Shown: one piece after another, positions 26,960 to 35,563 of the stretch
How the letters are laid out: each line of letters opens with the position of its first letter
How positions within the stretch are numbered: the first letter of the stretch is position 1
Source of the DNA: an uncultured Verrucomicrobiota bacterium
GTDB lineage: Bacteria > Verrucomicrobiota > CALLYA01
Assembly: GCA_937875495.1 (NCBI GenBank)
Contig: CALLYA010000181.1
Location: 1-42,547 of the forward strand
Direction of reading: 5' to 3'
Length of the DNA stretch: 42,547 nucleotides
Notes under the pieces: generated by a model
Told to the model about the DNA's origin: nothing
Databases searched by the model: none
The model's input: only the letters and a program-made list of their open reading frames with translations
Translations under genes and position numbers: made by a program

Positions 26960-27463
26960 CTACTGACCTGCGCGGTGGCTGTTGCCTGCACCGTCTGGTT
27001 CTGCCTGGCTACGGGTTTGATGCTCAAAAAGCCGCTTCGTCTCGGTCATCTTCTCTGGCAATTGGCCGAAAGCCTGCTGCAACTCCGATACGATCTCGAT
27101 AATCTGGCGCTTCTGTTCGGTCGTCCCGTGGTGTCGTGCCGCTGCAACGGTTGCGTCGTACTCCTTCCGTAACTCAACGAGCCGTCGGATTTCTCCTCGG
27201 CACTTCGCGCAATGACGAGGCTGAGAATCAACCCAGAAGAAGTAATCCTCGAACCACGCCTTCTGCTCTTTGGCTGTCCACGTGAACTCCTGTCCACACC
27301 GCTCGCATTTGAAGTCCGCGTCTATGTACCAGTGGCGAGGACATACGCTGTAGTTTTGCTTTTCAACGTTCCCCCGAACCGCTGTTTCGTGATGAATCGC
27401 CAAGGCAGCAAAGAAAAAGTGCTGCGGCATCTTCTTGGGATGTGAATTTCCAAAAATGTCCAT
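26960..27463 (-). CDS. zinc-ribbon domain protein (cassette, second gene of a pair)
   Basis: FKCERCGQEFTWTAKEQKAWFE...PRHCAKCR is a C-x2-C...C-x2-C ribbon followed by a helical tail. Confidence 0.6.
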   Translation of the reverse strand: MDIFGNSHPKKMPQHFFFAALAIHHETAVRGNVEKQNYSVCPRHWYIDADFKCERCGQEFTWTAKEQKAWFEDYFFWVDSQPRHCAKCRGEIRRLVELRKEYDATVAAARHHGTTEQKRQIIEIVSELQQAFGQLPEKMTETKRLFEHQTRSQAEPDGAGNSHRAGQ

Positions 27464-27486
27464 GTCGTCACATCTGGACCGGAATC

Positions 27487-27520
27487 AGGTGGATCCGTCT
27501 ATCTTCCCATTATGCCCAGT
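27487..27520. repeat. 34-bp short form (empty-site form) of the 167-bp repeat
   Basis: AGGTGGATCCGTCTATCTTCCCATTATGCCCAGT. It encodes the last codons (..NWA-stop) of ORF 27510. Confidence 0.8.
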
Positions 27521-28283
27521 TCGTCTGCGTCTGCCTTTTGGCGAGCGTCCGGAACCGATCCTCTAATTCCCCACGCAGGCGTTGGTGGCCCTCGCCGTTG
27601 TTCAAGTAGTACGCGTAGCGATGATGACGCAGGTCGAACGGGATATCGTCTGGGTTCTGTGTGATCGGTACCACATGTTTGCCCAGTACATGCGCTATTC
27701 CTGCTTCATAGAAAACGTTGGCGTTCCTGCCCGAGAAATCGCACACAACCACATAGGAGCGGAAGATCAGAGAGAAAACATCCTGAATCACCGTGGAGTC
27801 TTCCCATATGTCATCGGCACGCACGCACCGGAATCCGGCTGCCTCTGCCGCCGACTTGATCGTCTGGTAAACCGGTCGCAAGACTGGATCGAAAGACATC
27901 ATCACGGAGAGAAGATTGATGTCTGGTTTCTCGGCAGGCACTGAGAAGACCATCGGCGAGAAGACAATGCGCCTGGCTCCCTCGTCGGTGCACGAGATGA
28001 ACTCCCCTCCAGCCGGACATGTGCGGCCGATGTAGTCCAAAATCAGTGGGAAGTTGTCCGGTCTCGCATCAATCATGTCCTTCAGCATCTGAAGAGCATG
28101 GCCATCGTAGTCGTCGTCATTCCACCGAAGGCTGCGAAGCAGGCGCGAATGCCGGTTGACTTCGTCGAGCATCTCCGTGATGGCGCCAAGCTCTCGCCAA
28201 TTGGACTCGCTGAATCCGCTGACGACCTGGTTTTTCAATGCGATGAGCTGTCGACCCGTTGGAAGTTCCGTCTTCTCCATCAT
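27510..28283 (-). CDS. two-domain protein: unknown N-terminal domain plus a C-terminal nucleoside 2-deoxyribosyltransferase-like/TIR-like Rossmannoid domain (cassette)
   Basis: VMMSF...VYQTIKSAAEAAGFRCVRADDIW...DVFSLIFRSYVVVCDFSGRNANVFYEAGIAHVLGKHVVPITQ..DIPFDL..HR matches the pattern I know from Nuc_deoxyrib_tr/TIR-like effector domains. Not searched. Confidence 0.5.
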   Translation of the reverse strand: MMEKTELPTGRQLIALKNQVVSGFSESNWRELGAITEMLDEVNRHSRLLRSLRWNDDDYDGHALQMLKDMIDARPDNFPLILDYIGRTCPAGGEFISCTDEGARRIVFSPMVFSVPAEKPDINLLSVMMSFDPVLRPVYQTIKSAAEAAGFRCVRADDIWEDSTVIQDVFSLIFRSYVVVCDFSGRNANVFYEAGIAHVLGKHVVPITQNPDDIPFDLRHHRYAYYLNNGEGHQRLRGELEDRFRTLAKRQTQTNWA

Positions 28284-28304
28284 GTTGTATCTCCATCGCC
28301 GGCG

Positions 28305-28363
28305 CCCAAACTGCAGCGAAAACGCGCAGCGTTATGTCCGTCGGCTTGACGGCTTGGTTAGGC
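28305..28363 (-). repeat. attC-like site
   Basis: Minus strand GCCTAACCAAGCC...GTTTGGG, then GGAGATacaacATG of ORF 28283. A second short palindrome (28381..28424, GGTGAAC...GTTGAAG) lies directly upstream. Confidence 0.5.
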
Positions 28364-28419
28364 TCAGGCTTTATGTTTCACTTCAACTCCGGAATTTCTC
28401 TGTTTGCCTCCCGGTTGGT

Positions 28420-28854
28420 TCACCGCAGATTCAGGCTCATATGATGGGAGCTTAGAACAAAACCCTTGTTGAGATACAACCGATGCGCGTCATGGCGCTG
28501 GTGGTCTGTTTCCAGATGGACCGCAGCACACCCAAGCCGCTGACCTTCCAAGATTAGCCAATCTAGCAGGTCACCACCGAACCCGGCCCGCCTTCTCTGC
28601 GGATGGGTAGCCAGATCATCGATGTACAGGACCCGGCCCCACGCGAGGAAGGTAGCCACACGGAAACCGGCGACCGCTACAACTTCCTGAGCATCCTCGA
28701 TGAAGGCGATTCTGTAGCCTTCAGCCACCTGGGTACGGACCTGATCAATGAATTGGTCCTTGCTGAGATGGGGCCGCAGGGCGGCGAAGACTTCATACGC
28801 GGCTTCGAGGGCCTGAGAGTCTTCCATGTTCAGTTGTTTTACCTGATGGTCCAT
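28420..28854 (-). CDS. GNAT-family N-acetyltransferase (cassette)
   Basis: VLYIDDLATHPQRRRAGFGGDLLDWL is the acetyl-CoA binding motif A (Q/RxxGxG/A). Confidence 0.8.
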   Translation of the reverse strand: MDHQVKQLNMEDSQALEAAYEVFAALRPHLSKDQFIDQVRTQVAEGYRIAFIEDAQEVVAVAGFRVATFLAWGRVLYIDDLATHPQRRRAGFGGDLLDWLILEGQRLGCAAVHLETDHQRHDAHRLYLNKGFVLSSHHMSLNLR

Positions 28855-28890
28855 CGTTTTCCTGCGGGGTTCGGGGCCGATAGGCGTCCC

Positions 28891-28959
28891 GCCTAGCGTT
28901 CGCCATGACCGGCGCGCAAATGCCGAGCGCGACGTAACTTTTGCGCGTCCGAGTTGAGT
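28891..28959 (-). repeat. attC-like site
   Basis: Minus strand ACTCAAC-TCGGACGCGCAAA...TTTGCGCGCCGG...GCTAGGC, with an internal 8-11 bp stem. Confidence 0.5.
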
Positions 28960-28999
28960 GCATTGCTGGGCGACACCGGGTCAAAAATATCCTGATTGA

Positions 29000-29593
29000 T
29001 CACGGATGTATCTTCTCTTGCTCTGCCAGCATTTGCACGAATTGTGCAATTTTCTTTGCCCGGCTTTCAGCATTCTTTGCCGTTTGAATCCTGAACAGGA
29101 CAGCGTATCTATTTCGACTATCGAGTGTTTCGAAGAACTCCTTAGCCCGTGCGTTGCCACCTAACGCTGATTGAAAATCAGGTGGTACAGAAGACTTACC
29201 GGCCGAGTCATATGCAGCATCCCAGCGCCCGTCAAGCTTGGCACGTTCTATTTCTTTGAGTCCGGCAGGCTGCATTTTTCCTGATCCGATGAGAGCAAGC
29301 GCTTTTTCTTTGTTGATTTTTGACCACACACTCTTCGCCGAGCGTGGCGTGACTCTTTGCAGCCAGTACAGATCGCTGTGCGCCTTCTTTTGGCCGTCTA
29401 TCCAACCGAAGCAGAGCGCAACCTCAACAGCCTCGTCGTATGAAATTGATTGCACAGCAGAATTCTTTTTCGCTAGTTGCAACCATATACCGGAGGACGT
29501 GGCGTGGTTTTCGGTTAGCCATATTAGCCAGTCGCGTTGCCGTTCAAAGAGCTTGGTTGGTAGGATATTGGGTTTCTTTTGAGATTTGCTCAT
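29000..29593 (-). CDS. YdeI/OmpD-associated family protein (cassette)
   Basis: WLQLAKKNS...SYDEAVEVALCFGWIDGQKK...RNRYAVLFRIQTAK is the typical YdeI/OmdA pattern. Confidence 0.7.
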   Translation of the reverse strand: MSKSQKKPNILPTKLFERQRDWLIWLTENHATSSGIWLQLAKKNSAVQSISYDEAVEVALCFGWIDGQKKAHSDLYWLQRVTPRSAKSVWSKINKEKALALIGSGKMQPAGLKEIERAKLDGRWDAAYDSAGKSSVPPDFQSALGGNARAKEFFETLDSRNRYAVLFRIQTAKNAESRAKKIAQFVQMLAEQEKIHP

Positions 29594-29621
29594 TACAACT
29601 CATTTCGCCTCCATTGCTGAC

Positions 29622-29685
29622 GCCCTACTGAGTGTTGAGGCTTTCGGCGCGCCAGCGACGAATACTCTCCGATGCCTTGTACTGC
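29622..29685 (-). repeat. attC-like site, CTTTCGGCGCG subfamily
   Basis: 64 bp. CTTTCGGCGCG sits at almost the same offset (1 nt further in) as in 31179..31240 and 35564..35626. The cores are GCAGTAC/GTAGGGC, so AAC/GTT are both changed to TAC/GTA, which is compensatory. Confidence 0.5.
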
Positions 29686-29688
29686 TCC

Positions 29689-30126
29689 TCAGTCATCTTC
29701 CCAAATTTCCACGGGGGTGCCGTCCCTGAACACGACGGTGAGTTCACCATCCGGCCAGTTCTCGAAAAGGTACCCGATACTGAAGAAGTCTCCCTTCAGT
29801 AAATCCGTGACGTCGAGTGCATGCGGCGTGATCTTGCCGTATCCGGTGAGGGTGTTGGGCCGATCCGCCTTGACATAAGCAAGTGCCTTTTCGCTCCAGG
29901 AGGGCAGTTCGGAAATGACCGTTTGGGCTTTGGCAACGACTTCCGGTTCGAACGTCTTGTCGAGGATGAAAATGGTCATTTGCCCGAGTGGAGTCTCAAC
30001 TTGAGTTGACCACCAGGCATCATCGAACACAAACGTACCGAGTGCCGTTTCGACCTTCAGCTTCTCCTTGGGCTTTCGATCGAACCAGTTCATAATATCT
30101 TCCAGTGTAATGTTCGGCTTCGTCAT
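29689..30126 (-). CDS. hypothetical protein, 145 aa (cassette)
   Basis: Clean ORF with no motif recognised. It is preceded by a 37-aa micro-ORF (30139..30252). Confidence 0.55.
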   Translation of the reverse strand: MTKPNITLEDIMNWFDRKPKEKLKVETALGTFVFDDAWWSTQVETPLGQMTIFILDKTFEPEVVAKAQTVISELPSWSEKALAYVKADRPNTLTGYGKITPHALDVTDLLKGDFFSIGYLFENWPDGELTVVFRDGTPVEIWEDD

Positions 30127-30284
30127 TGCTCGACTTGCTCATCCTGAACTGTGATGCCTCCGTCTTCCGGTCGACAGGTCGAAGACTTGGGAGCCAATGG
30201 TGAGCGTCATGCCTTCGTCCTCCACGATCAGGTTGTGACCTGCAATGCTCATGTTGTTCGTCCACGGCCTTTCTGAAAGACGCC

Positions 30285-31169
30285 TCAATTCTCTGTTTCG
30301 ACATTCTCCTTTTTTCTTCTTACGCTGAGGATCAACAGGGCTACACCCAACAGCGGCAGTCCGATTGAGAGGGTGTTTGCCGTGATCTGGAATCTGGTTT
30401 CCAACAGAGCGGGCAGCGCCATGCCTGCCCATGGATCTTCGTCTTTCTTCCCGAAAGGAAGGATGCCGACGCCGCTGGCCGCTGGCCAGAGGCGCTCCCT
30501 TCTTGCGTACTCCATCAAACCGCGCTCAACCTCTGTGGAGACCGTGCGATTCGAGAGCGCGTACACCAAGGGGTCGAACCCGGAATCGCGGAGACAGCGG
30601 AAGGCGTTGTGCTTCATCTCGCTCGGAATTGCGGTCAACTCATTGGTATCGGAATTGCCGAGTACTGCGATCAGGACAGGGATCTGCTCTTCAGTGGGAG
30701 GAACATCGACTTCGAAACCGCGTTGGCGGAATCCCTCCGCAATCCACTCCGCTTGAGACTTGAATTTGTTCTTCTCCCACCAGGCCAACCAGGCGTTGGC
30801 GTCTTCGCCGACGTCTTGATTCGAAATCGAACGTAGAGCGCCGTCGGCGTGGGCAAGTCCGTCTCCCATGCATCCATCCAAACGCGTGCCCGGTTCGATG
30901 TGGTCAATGATCCATTTCATCCAAGACTCGTCGCCGCAGGCTCCGACTGTAAATCCGGCATCATGAAACCACCCCATGCGATGAATGCTCTCCTGAAACT
31001 GAGACCAGTACTCACGCTGGGAGTGAGATGAATACCACTCTGGGTCCAACGTGCGACGAAATGGTGCCAGCTTGTAGTACCACCAGTACCCGCAGAACAC
31101 GCCAGCACCGATGAAGACCAGTGCGAGCACGCGCGCAATGCCTCGCCAGTGTTGCTTGAACCACTTCAT
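30285..31169 (-). CDS. hypothetical membrane protein with N- and C-terminal TM helices (cassette)
   Basis: ATG chosen at MKWFKQHW, downstream of the attC core. The alternative GTG at 31190 lies inside the attC. Confidence 0.6.
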   Translation of the reverse strand: MKWFKQHWRGIARVLALVFIGAGVFCGYWWYYKLAPFRRTLDPEWYSSHSQREYWSQFQESIHRMGWFHDAGFTVGACGDESWMKWIIDHIEPGTRLDGCMGDGLAHADGALRSISNQDVGEDANAWLAWWEKNKFKSQAEWIAEGFRQRGFEVDVPPTEEQIPVLIAVLGNSDTNELTAIPSEMKHNAFRCLRDSGFDPLVYALSNRTVSTEVERGLMEYARRERLWPAASGVGILPFGKKDEDPWAGMALPALLETRFQITANTLSIGLPLLGVALLILSVRRKKENVETEN

Positions 31170-31178
31170 CTTCTTATG

Positions 31179-31240
31179 CGACAACTTCACGCCTCACTTT
31201 CGGCGCGACGGAACGTGACGGCAAGTTCCCCTTGTTAGGC
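31179..31240 (-). repeat. attC-like site, CTTTCGGCGCG subfamily
   Basis: Minus strand GCCTAAC...CGCGCCGAAAGTGAGG-cgtgaa-GTTGTCG. The TAA of ORF 31235 lies inside GCCTAAC. Confidence 0.55.
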
Positions 31241-31603
31241 TTTGCCTTTCGTCTCAATCTTCAGAATGTCAGATCCACAGACGTAAAGCCGGTTCCCGTC
31301 TGGCTTCTCAAGTTCAAAGTACACGAGAGTACAAGTGCTGAACTCGCCGTCACCAAAGAAGAGGGTGGATTTGTATTCGCAATCCTGCAGAAAATCCCCA
31401 CTCTTCATCTGAACAACGACCTTCTTTCCCTTCAACCCTCGGAACGCGGTTTCCGGGGTGGAAGGTGGTTTTGAGAACTGCTCGGGATGCAGACGCTTCT
31501 CCAAGATCTTCCACAGGGTGAAGAATACCTTGAGTCCGATGATAGCTCCGACTATTGACCCGACTCGGATCAGGAATGGTGCCATTGCTTCAATCATCTT
31601 CAT
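31235..31603 (-). CDS. hypothetical protein with an N-terminal TM helix, 122 aa (cassette)
   Basis: RBS AGGAGAA before the ATG, directly after the GTTAGGC core at 31614..31620. Confidence 0.6.
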   Translation of the reverse strand: MKMIEAMAPFLIRVGSIVGAIIGLKVFFTLWKILEKRLHPEQFSKPPSTPETAFRGLKGKKVVVQMKSGDFLQDCEYKSTLFFGDGEFSTCTLVYFELEKPDGNRLYVCGSDILKIETKGKA

Positions 31604-31613
31604 TTCTCCTGAT

Positions 31614-31654
31614 GCCTAACACCGTGCCGCCCGCAGCTGAACGGCTTGTTATGT
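31614..31654 (-). repeat. short attC-like site (41 bp)
   Basis: Minus strand ACATAAC-AAGCCGT...ACGGT-GTTAGGC. This is unusually short. Confidence 0.4.
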
Positions 31655-31784
31655 TCGCCACACTACGACTCCAGATACTTCCGGATGTCTGAGATCTGGG
31701 CCTCTAGCATATCGATTTCGCTTAGCTTTGTGCCTGGCTCACCGACATTCTTCCGAATTGCGAGGATGAGCCCACCCCACAGCC

Positions 31785-32153
31785 TCAGCATTTCACGTGC
31801 GTTTTGATCGCCACTTTGGTGTTCTTCGCCCCCCCGCTCGATAGAAATGTTGCATCAGCTTGGTTGAACGACCGCACGACTTCATCCGAGCCAATGAGGT
31901 TGAACTCGAGTGCTGTTCTTTTGTAGTCAAACGAAACAATCTGTTTCTGAGCTTTCGCGAACTCTTTCGGGTCCTTGATTCCCGCTAGCGTGCGGACAAT
32001 CGGCTCGAGTGTATCTAGGTAGATTTTCCTTCGTTCGTCTACGAGGCGTTCCTTCGCTCGCTGGAGTCGATCTATGCGCGATTGGATGAACCAAACGCCA
32101 AGTCCGACCACTCCGGCCAGCACGGTTGCGATCAGCTGTTCGTTGAGGCCCAC
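31785..32153 (-). CDS. hypothetical TM plus coiled-coil protein, 122 aa (cassette)
   Basis: GTG start with GGAGAA upstream. Its stop overlaps the ATG of a 42-aa ORF (31663..31791, ATGCTGA), which may be its frame-shifted C-terminus. Confidence 0.55.
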   Translation of the reverse strand: MGLNEQLIATVLAGVVGLGVWFIQSRIDRLQRAKERLVDERRKIYLDTLEPIVRTLAGIKDPKEFAKAQKQIVSFDYKRTALEFNLIGSDEVVRSFNQADATFLSSGGAKNTKVAIKTHVKC

Positions 32154-32175
32154 TACCTATTCTCCGATCTAGTCG

Positions 32176-32267
32176 ATATAACGTTGGCGTTTACGCGGCG
32201 GGCGCGTTGAACTAGGATTTCGGGACCGGCGTGATCGCCCGCGCTCGCGTTCCACGCTTGGTTCGGC
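32176..32267 (-). repeat. attC-like site (92 bp)
   Basis: Minus strand GCCGAAC...GTTATAT. The arms GGCGTTTACGCGGCGGGCG and CGCCCGCGCTCGCGTTCCACGCT pair well. Confidence 0.6.
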
Positions 32268-32439
32268 TCAGTAGTCGCACTGCATGTCTTTCGTGCCTTG
32301 CGACGGCGAGTTCAATTTTCGACGATTGACGATGACGCCTTCGAATCAGATAAGATCCGCCATCGGTGTCTTTTTCTGTGTATGCCAGCTGGTCGGCCAG
32401 TGGATGCGTATTCCAACTCAACGAGTCCGAGTTCTTCCA

Positions 32440-32658
32440 TCAATGCTGCCATGCCTGAACGCTCGTCATGGTCCCGGCCACGCCAGCGAACACCAGGATG
32501 AGTCCAGGGGGCAAGTGTCCGCACATGATGCAAACAGCACCACCAGCAAACGCGACAAGGGCGAGTACGAAAGAGACCCTGGCCGCACGAGGAGAAACGT
32601 TGGGAACGCCGCAGTGCAATTTCGGTGTCTTCTGTTCTCTTGGATCAAGGGGTGTCAT
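32440..32658 (-). CDS. small membrane protein, 72 aa (cassette)
   Basis: GTTCGGC-AGGAGcacgctt-ATG directly after the attC core. Two hydrophobic helices. Confidence 0.55.
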   Translation of the reverse strand: MTPLDPREQKTPKLHCGVPNVSPRAARVSFVLALVAFAGGAVCIMCGHLPPGLILVFAGVAGTMTSVQAWQH

Positions 32659-32670
32659 AAGCGTGCTCCT

Positions 32671-32731
32671 GCCGAACGATACCCTCAGCGGCGCGCGGCC
32701 CCCGCGCGTAGGCTGCAGGGTGATGTTCGAT
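32671..32731 (-). repeat. attC-like site (61 bp)
   Basis: Minus strand ATCGAAC (overlapping the TGA of ORF 32731)...GTTCGGC. The arms ATCACCCTGCAGC/GCTGAGGGTAT and CGCGCGG/CCGCGCG pair. Confidence 0.7.
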
Positions 32732-33126
32732 CAAGTCTTGTTCATTTCGTCGCTCAAACGGTAAATGGTCCGCTTGCCCTCCTCAACTCGAATAACCGAA
32801 GGCAGTCGGTTGAGATGGTTCGTGGACCCGCCGAGATGGATCGTGAAGGTGTAAACCCGGTTGGTGTCGAGGATGGAGGTCAGACGGTGGCTGGTCAGGT
32901 GAACGTGGTACTCCCGCGCTGTGTCCCGAAGAATGAGCGAGTGCATGACGAGAGAATCAGGCTCGCCGGGTGGCGGCATGCCGCCGCTACGCAGGATTTG
33001 CATCTGATTCTGGAAGATGACTGGCCGACACGTGATGATTGCCTGATTCTCAGCGGGGTGCGTCTTGCAGCCGGTGAGGGCAGCTAGCATCAGCATTGGA
33101 GGTATCCATTTCATCATTGTTCGCAT
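32731..33126 (-). CDS. putative lipoprotein, 131 aa (cassette)
   Basis: Lipobox-like LAALTGC after a hydrophobic N-terminus. Confidence 0.6.
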   Translation of the reverse strand: MRTMMKWIPPMLMLAALTGCKTHPAENQAIITCRPVIFQNQMQILRSGGMPPPGEPDSLVMHSLILRDTAREYHVHLTSHRLTSILDTNRVYTFTIHLGGSTNHLNRLPSVIRVEEGKRTIYRLSDEMNKT

Positions 33127-33186
33127 TTTCGTCAGTGCCAGTATGCGTCATGGATGAGTTCGGCCACAAGCAGGGAGCAGCGGAAC

Positions 33187-33366
33187 TTATGAGATAGATT
33201 CAGCCGTATAGCTGAGGGTGATTTCGCCATCTTGAAACGGGAATGATTCGGTTTTCAGAACCTTGTGCCAATATCCGCCCCGAAGGTGTTGCACGAAAGC
33301 ACCACAAAGGCCCCCGACGACAAGGACCACAATGAAGGCGATAGCTGTGACCAGTTTCTTTCTCAT
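33187..33366 (-). CDS. small membrane protein, 59 aa (below the ORF-track cutoff, translated by hand)
   Basis: MRKKLVTAIAFIVVLVVGGLCGAFVQHL...SIS-stop, with AAAGAG before the ATG. Confidence 0.4.
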   Translation of the reverse strand: MRKKLVTAIAFIVVLVVGGLCGAFVQHLRGGYWHKVLKTESFPFQDGEITLSYTAESIS

Positions 33367-33387
33367 CTCTTTAGCCGAACACTAATT

Positions 33388-33551
33388 AGGTGGATCCGTT
33401 TATTATCCAGAGTTGTCCCTTCCGGTCCGTATACAGCCCCTTGGTTGTCTTCAGAATAACAGGACAAGCAATTCATTGTCAACACATTGCGAACTCCTTT
33501 GATTTTTATTCGGCATGCTATGCAGATCTGCCTACCTTCCCATGATGCAGG
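33388..33551. repeat. 167-bp-class repeat, copy 2 (filled form)
   Basis: About 85% identical to 38781..38947. Flanked by internal direct repeats GGATCCGTTTAT / AGATCTGCCTAC. Confidence 0.85.
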
Positions 33552-33591
33552 TTGGAATTTTCCCCACTTTCCTAAGCGCACGATCATTCCC

Positions 33592-34341
33592 TCATCGCCG
33601 CGGCATCAGAGCGAACACACCCCAGCCCAGGTATTCACGTGTGTAAGCGGCATAGCGCTCGGGTTCTGAGGTCAGCTCGGCTCGAACCTCTTTGGCGAGC
33701 TCGTCCTCGGGATTGGCTTCAAGCCATCGGCGCATGGTGAGCCATTTGGCCGCCTCATAGCGATCCCAGCTGTCCTGGTCAGCCAGAACCATTTCAACGA
33801 GGTCGTAGCCGAGGCGGCCGAACGATGCGAGAAGGCCCGGCAGCATGAGAAAGTCGGAGATCGAATTGGCAAGACACCCCTTGGCAACATCTTCCGTTGG
33901 CGGTAACTGCCGCCAGTAGGGCTCGCCGATGAGGATGATCCCTTCGGGGCGGAGGCTCTGCGCCAGAAGCTCGATCGTGCCTGCGACTCCCCCCGCGATC
34001 CAGGTTGCACCGACACAGGCTGCCACACTGACCTTCTCGTCAGAGACATAGCCTGCAGCATCGCCATGGATGAACTTGACTTGATCAGCGACGCCGAGTT
34101 CTTCAGCGCGGAGTCTTGCTTGCTCGGTGAACAACTGGCTCATGTCGATGCCGGTGCCGATGACACAGTGATCGCGTGCCCATGTGCACAGCATCTCTCC
34201 AGAACCGCTAGCGAGGTCGAGCACTCGATCACCCGGTTCCAGACGCAGCGCCACGCCGAGAGTGGCGAGCTTTTCCGAAGTTAACGGGTTATGAATGCGG
34301 TGAGCACTCTCGGTGATGTTGAAGATCCGTGGAATATCCAA
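33592..34341 (-). CDS. class I SAM-dependent methyltransferase
   Basis: VLDLASGSGEM (motif I) and GTGIDMS. TTG start. Confidence 0.8.
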   Translation of the reverse strand: MDIPRIFNITESAHRIHNPLTSEKLATLGVALRLEPGDRVLDLASGSGEMLCTWARDHCVIGTGIDMSQLFTEQARLRAEELGVADQVKFIHGDAAGYVSDEKVSVAACVGATWIAGGVAGTIELLAQSLRPEGIILIGEPYWRQLPPTEDVAKGCLANSISDFLMLPGLLASFGRLGYDLVEMVLADQDSWDRYEAAKWLTMRRWLEANPEDELAKEVRAELTSEPERYAAYTREYLGWGVFALMPRR

Positions 34342-34393
34342 CGCATTACCAACTTTCAGGTGTGATAGATCCAGTCATTGCTACCGTCCAGAC

Positions 34394-35557
34394 TCACTCA
34401 TTCGGAATCGGGGTCTTCTCGTTGAGCATCGCCGTGACTCGCCGCTCTAGGTCGAAGCGGGCGTCGGTGTCTCGCAAGTGACCGCGTTTGTCCACCAGCC
34501 AGGAGGTGGGGATACTGAAAATCCCATACCGGACAGCAAACTGGCTCTCCCATCCCTTGCCGTCGAAATACTGCGGCCACGGCAGCTCCTTTTCTTTGAT
34601 GAAACGCCGCAAGGCGCTCTCCTTGTCATCGAGCGAAATCCCTATGACCTCGAATCCTTGGTCGTGAAGCTTCTGGTAAGTCGCCTTCACCGTCGGCATC
34701 TCGGCAATGCACGGTCCGCAGGTCGTGGACCAGAACTCGACCAACACGACCTTGCCTGCCAGCTTTGCTAAATCCACCTCGCGCCCATCCAACGCGGTGA
34801 ACCGGATGTCGAGCGGCTTCCCGATCTGATACGGCTTCGTCCCTTTCAGGATGTGATCCGCCAACGTTTTCGCTCCCCGTGGGGCGCCGGGCGTGTTCAT
34901 AATCTCCGTGACCAAGTCCTTTTGTCGGTCAGCTGTTGAACGCTGGGCAACGGCGACAAGCATTGTGTAAATCATGGAATTTGTCGGAAACTGCTTCAGC
35001 GCCGCGCGCATGTTCTCGATGCTTGCCGTCTCAAATTCGTCGTGCAGCTTGCTCATGCCTTCGGTGAACAATCGCATCCCTACTTTCTTGAAAAACGCTG
35101 CGTTTCCCGAAAACAACAAAACGCCTACGCGGTCATCTTCCGGGATGCTTTTGTCGGCCAAAACGCCGGAGACGAAGGAGGCAATCTGTTTCTCCGCGTC
35201 AGGATGTCCCGCGGCAACCGCATAGGTCAATGCGTGGACGACGGTAATGCGAGCGTCGCCAACGTTCTCGTTGGTCGGAAATCGCTCAATGAACTCGCGG
35301 GCCTTATCGGCGAAGGTAACAGCTGTTTGACCAACCATTTCTTGAAAGTCGACCACTTGCTCCGCCGTCGGTTCGTGAGACCGCCAATCATCCGGTGGTC
35401 TTAACCCTTGATGGACTTTTTCGACCTCGGCCCATGCTTTGGCAGGATCGTCTGGCAGTGTGTGGCGAGATTCGTTCTGGGCGAACAACTGCAGCTGGAC
35501 GATAAGAACTCCGGTGAGAAGAAGGGTGCGGAAGATAGATTTGATGCTCATATACAT
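34394..35557 (-). CDS. TlpA/ResA-like thiol:disulfide oxidoreductase with an N-terminal helical domain, secreted
   Basis: Signal peptide, then a C-terminal thioredoxin fold with WSTTCGPC and GISLDD. Confidence 0.8.
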   Translation of the reverse strand: MYMSIKSIFRTLLLTGVLIVQLQLFAQNESRHTLPDDPAKAWAEVEKVHQGLRPPDDWRSHEPTAEQVVDFQEMVGQTAVTFADKAREFIERFPTNENVGDARITVVHALTYAVAAGHPDAEKQIASFVSGVLADKSIPEDDRVGVLLFSGNAAFFKKVGMRLFTEGMSKLHDEFETASIENMRAALKQFPTNSMIYTMLVAVAQRSTADRQKDLVTEIMNTPGAPRGAKTLADHILKGTKPYQIGKPLDIRFTALDGREVDLAKLAGKVVLVEFWSTTCGPCIAEMPTVKATYQKLHDQGFEVIGISLDDKESALRRFIKEKELPWPQYFDGKGWESQFAVRYGIFSIPTSWLVDKRGHLRDTDARFDLERRVTAMLNEKTPIPNE

Positions 35558-35563
35558 GTTGGC

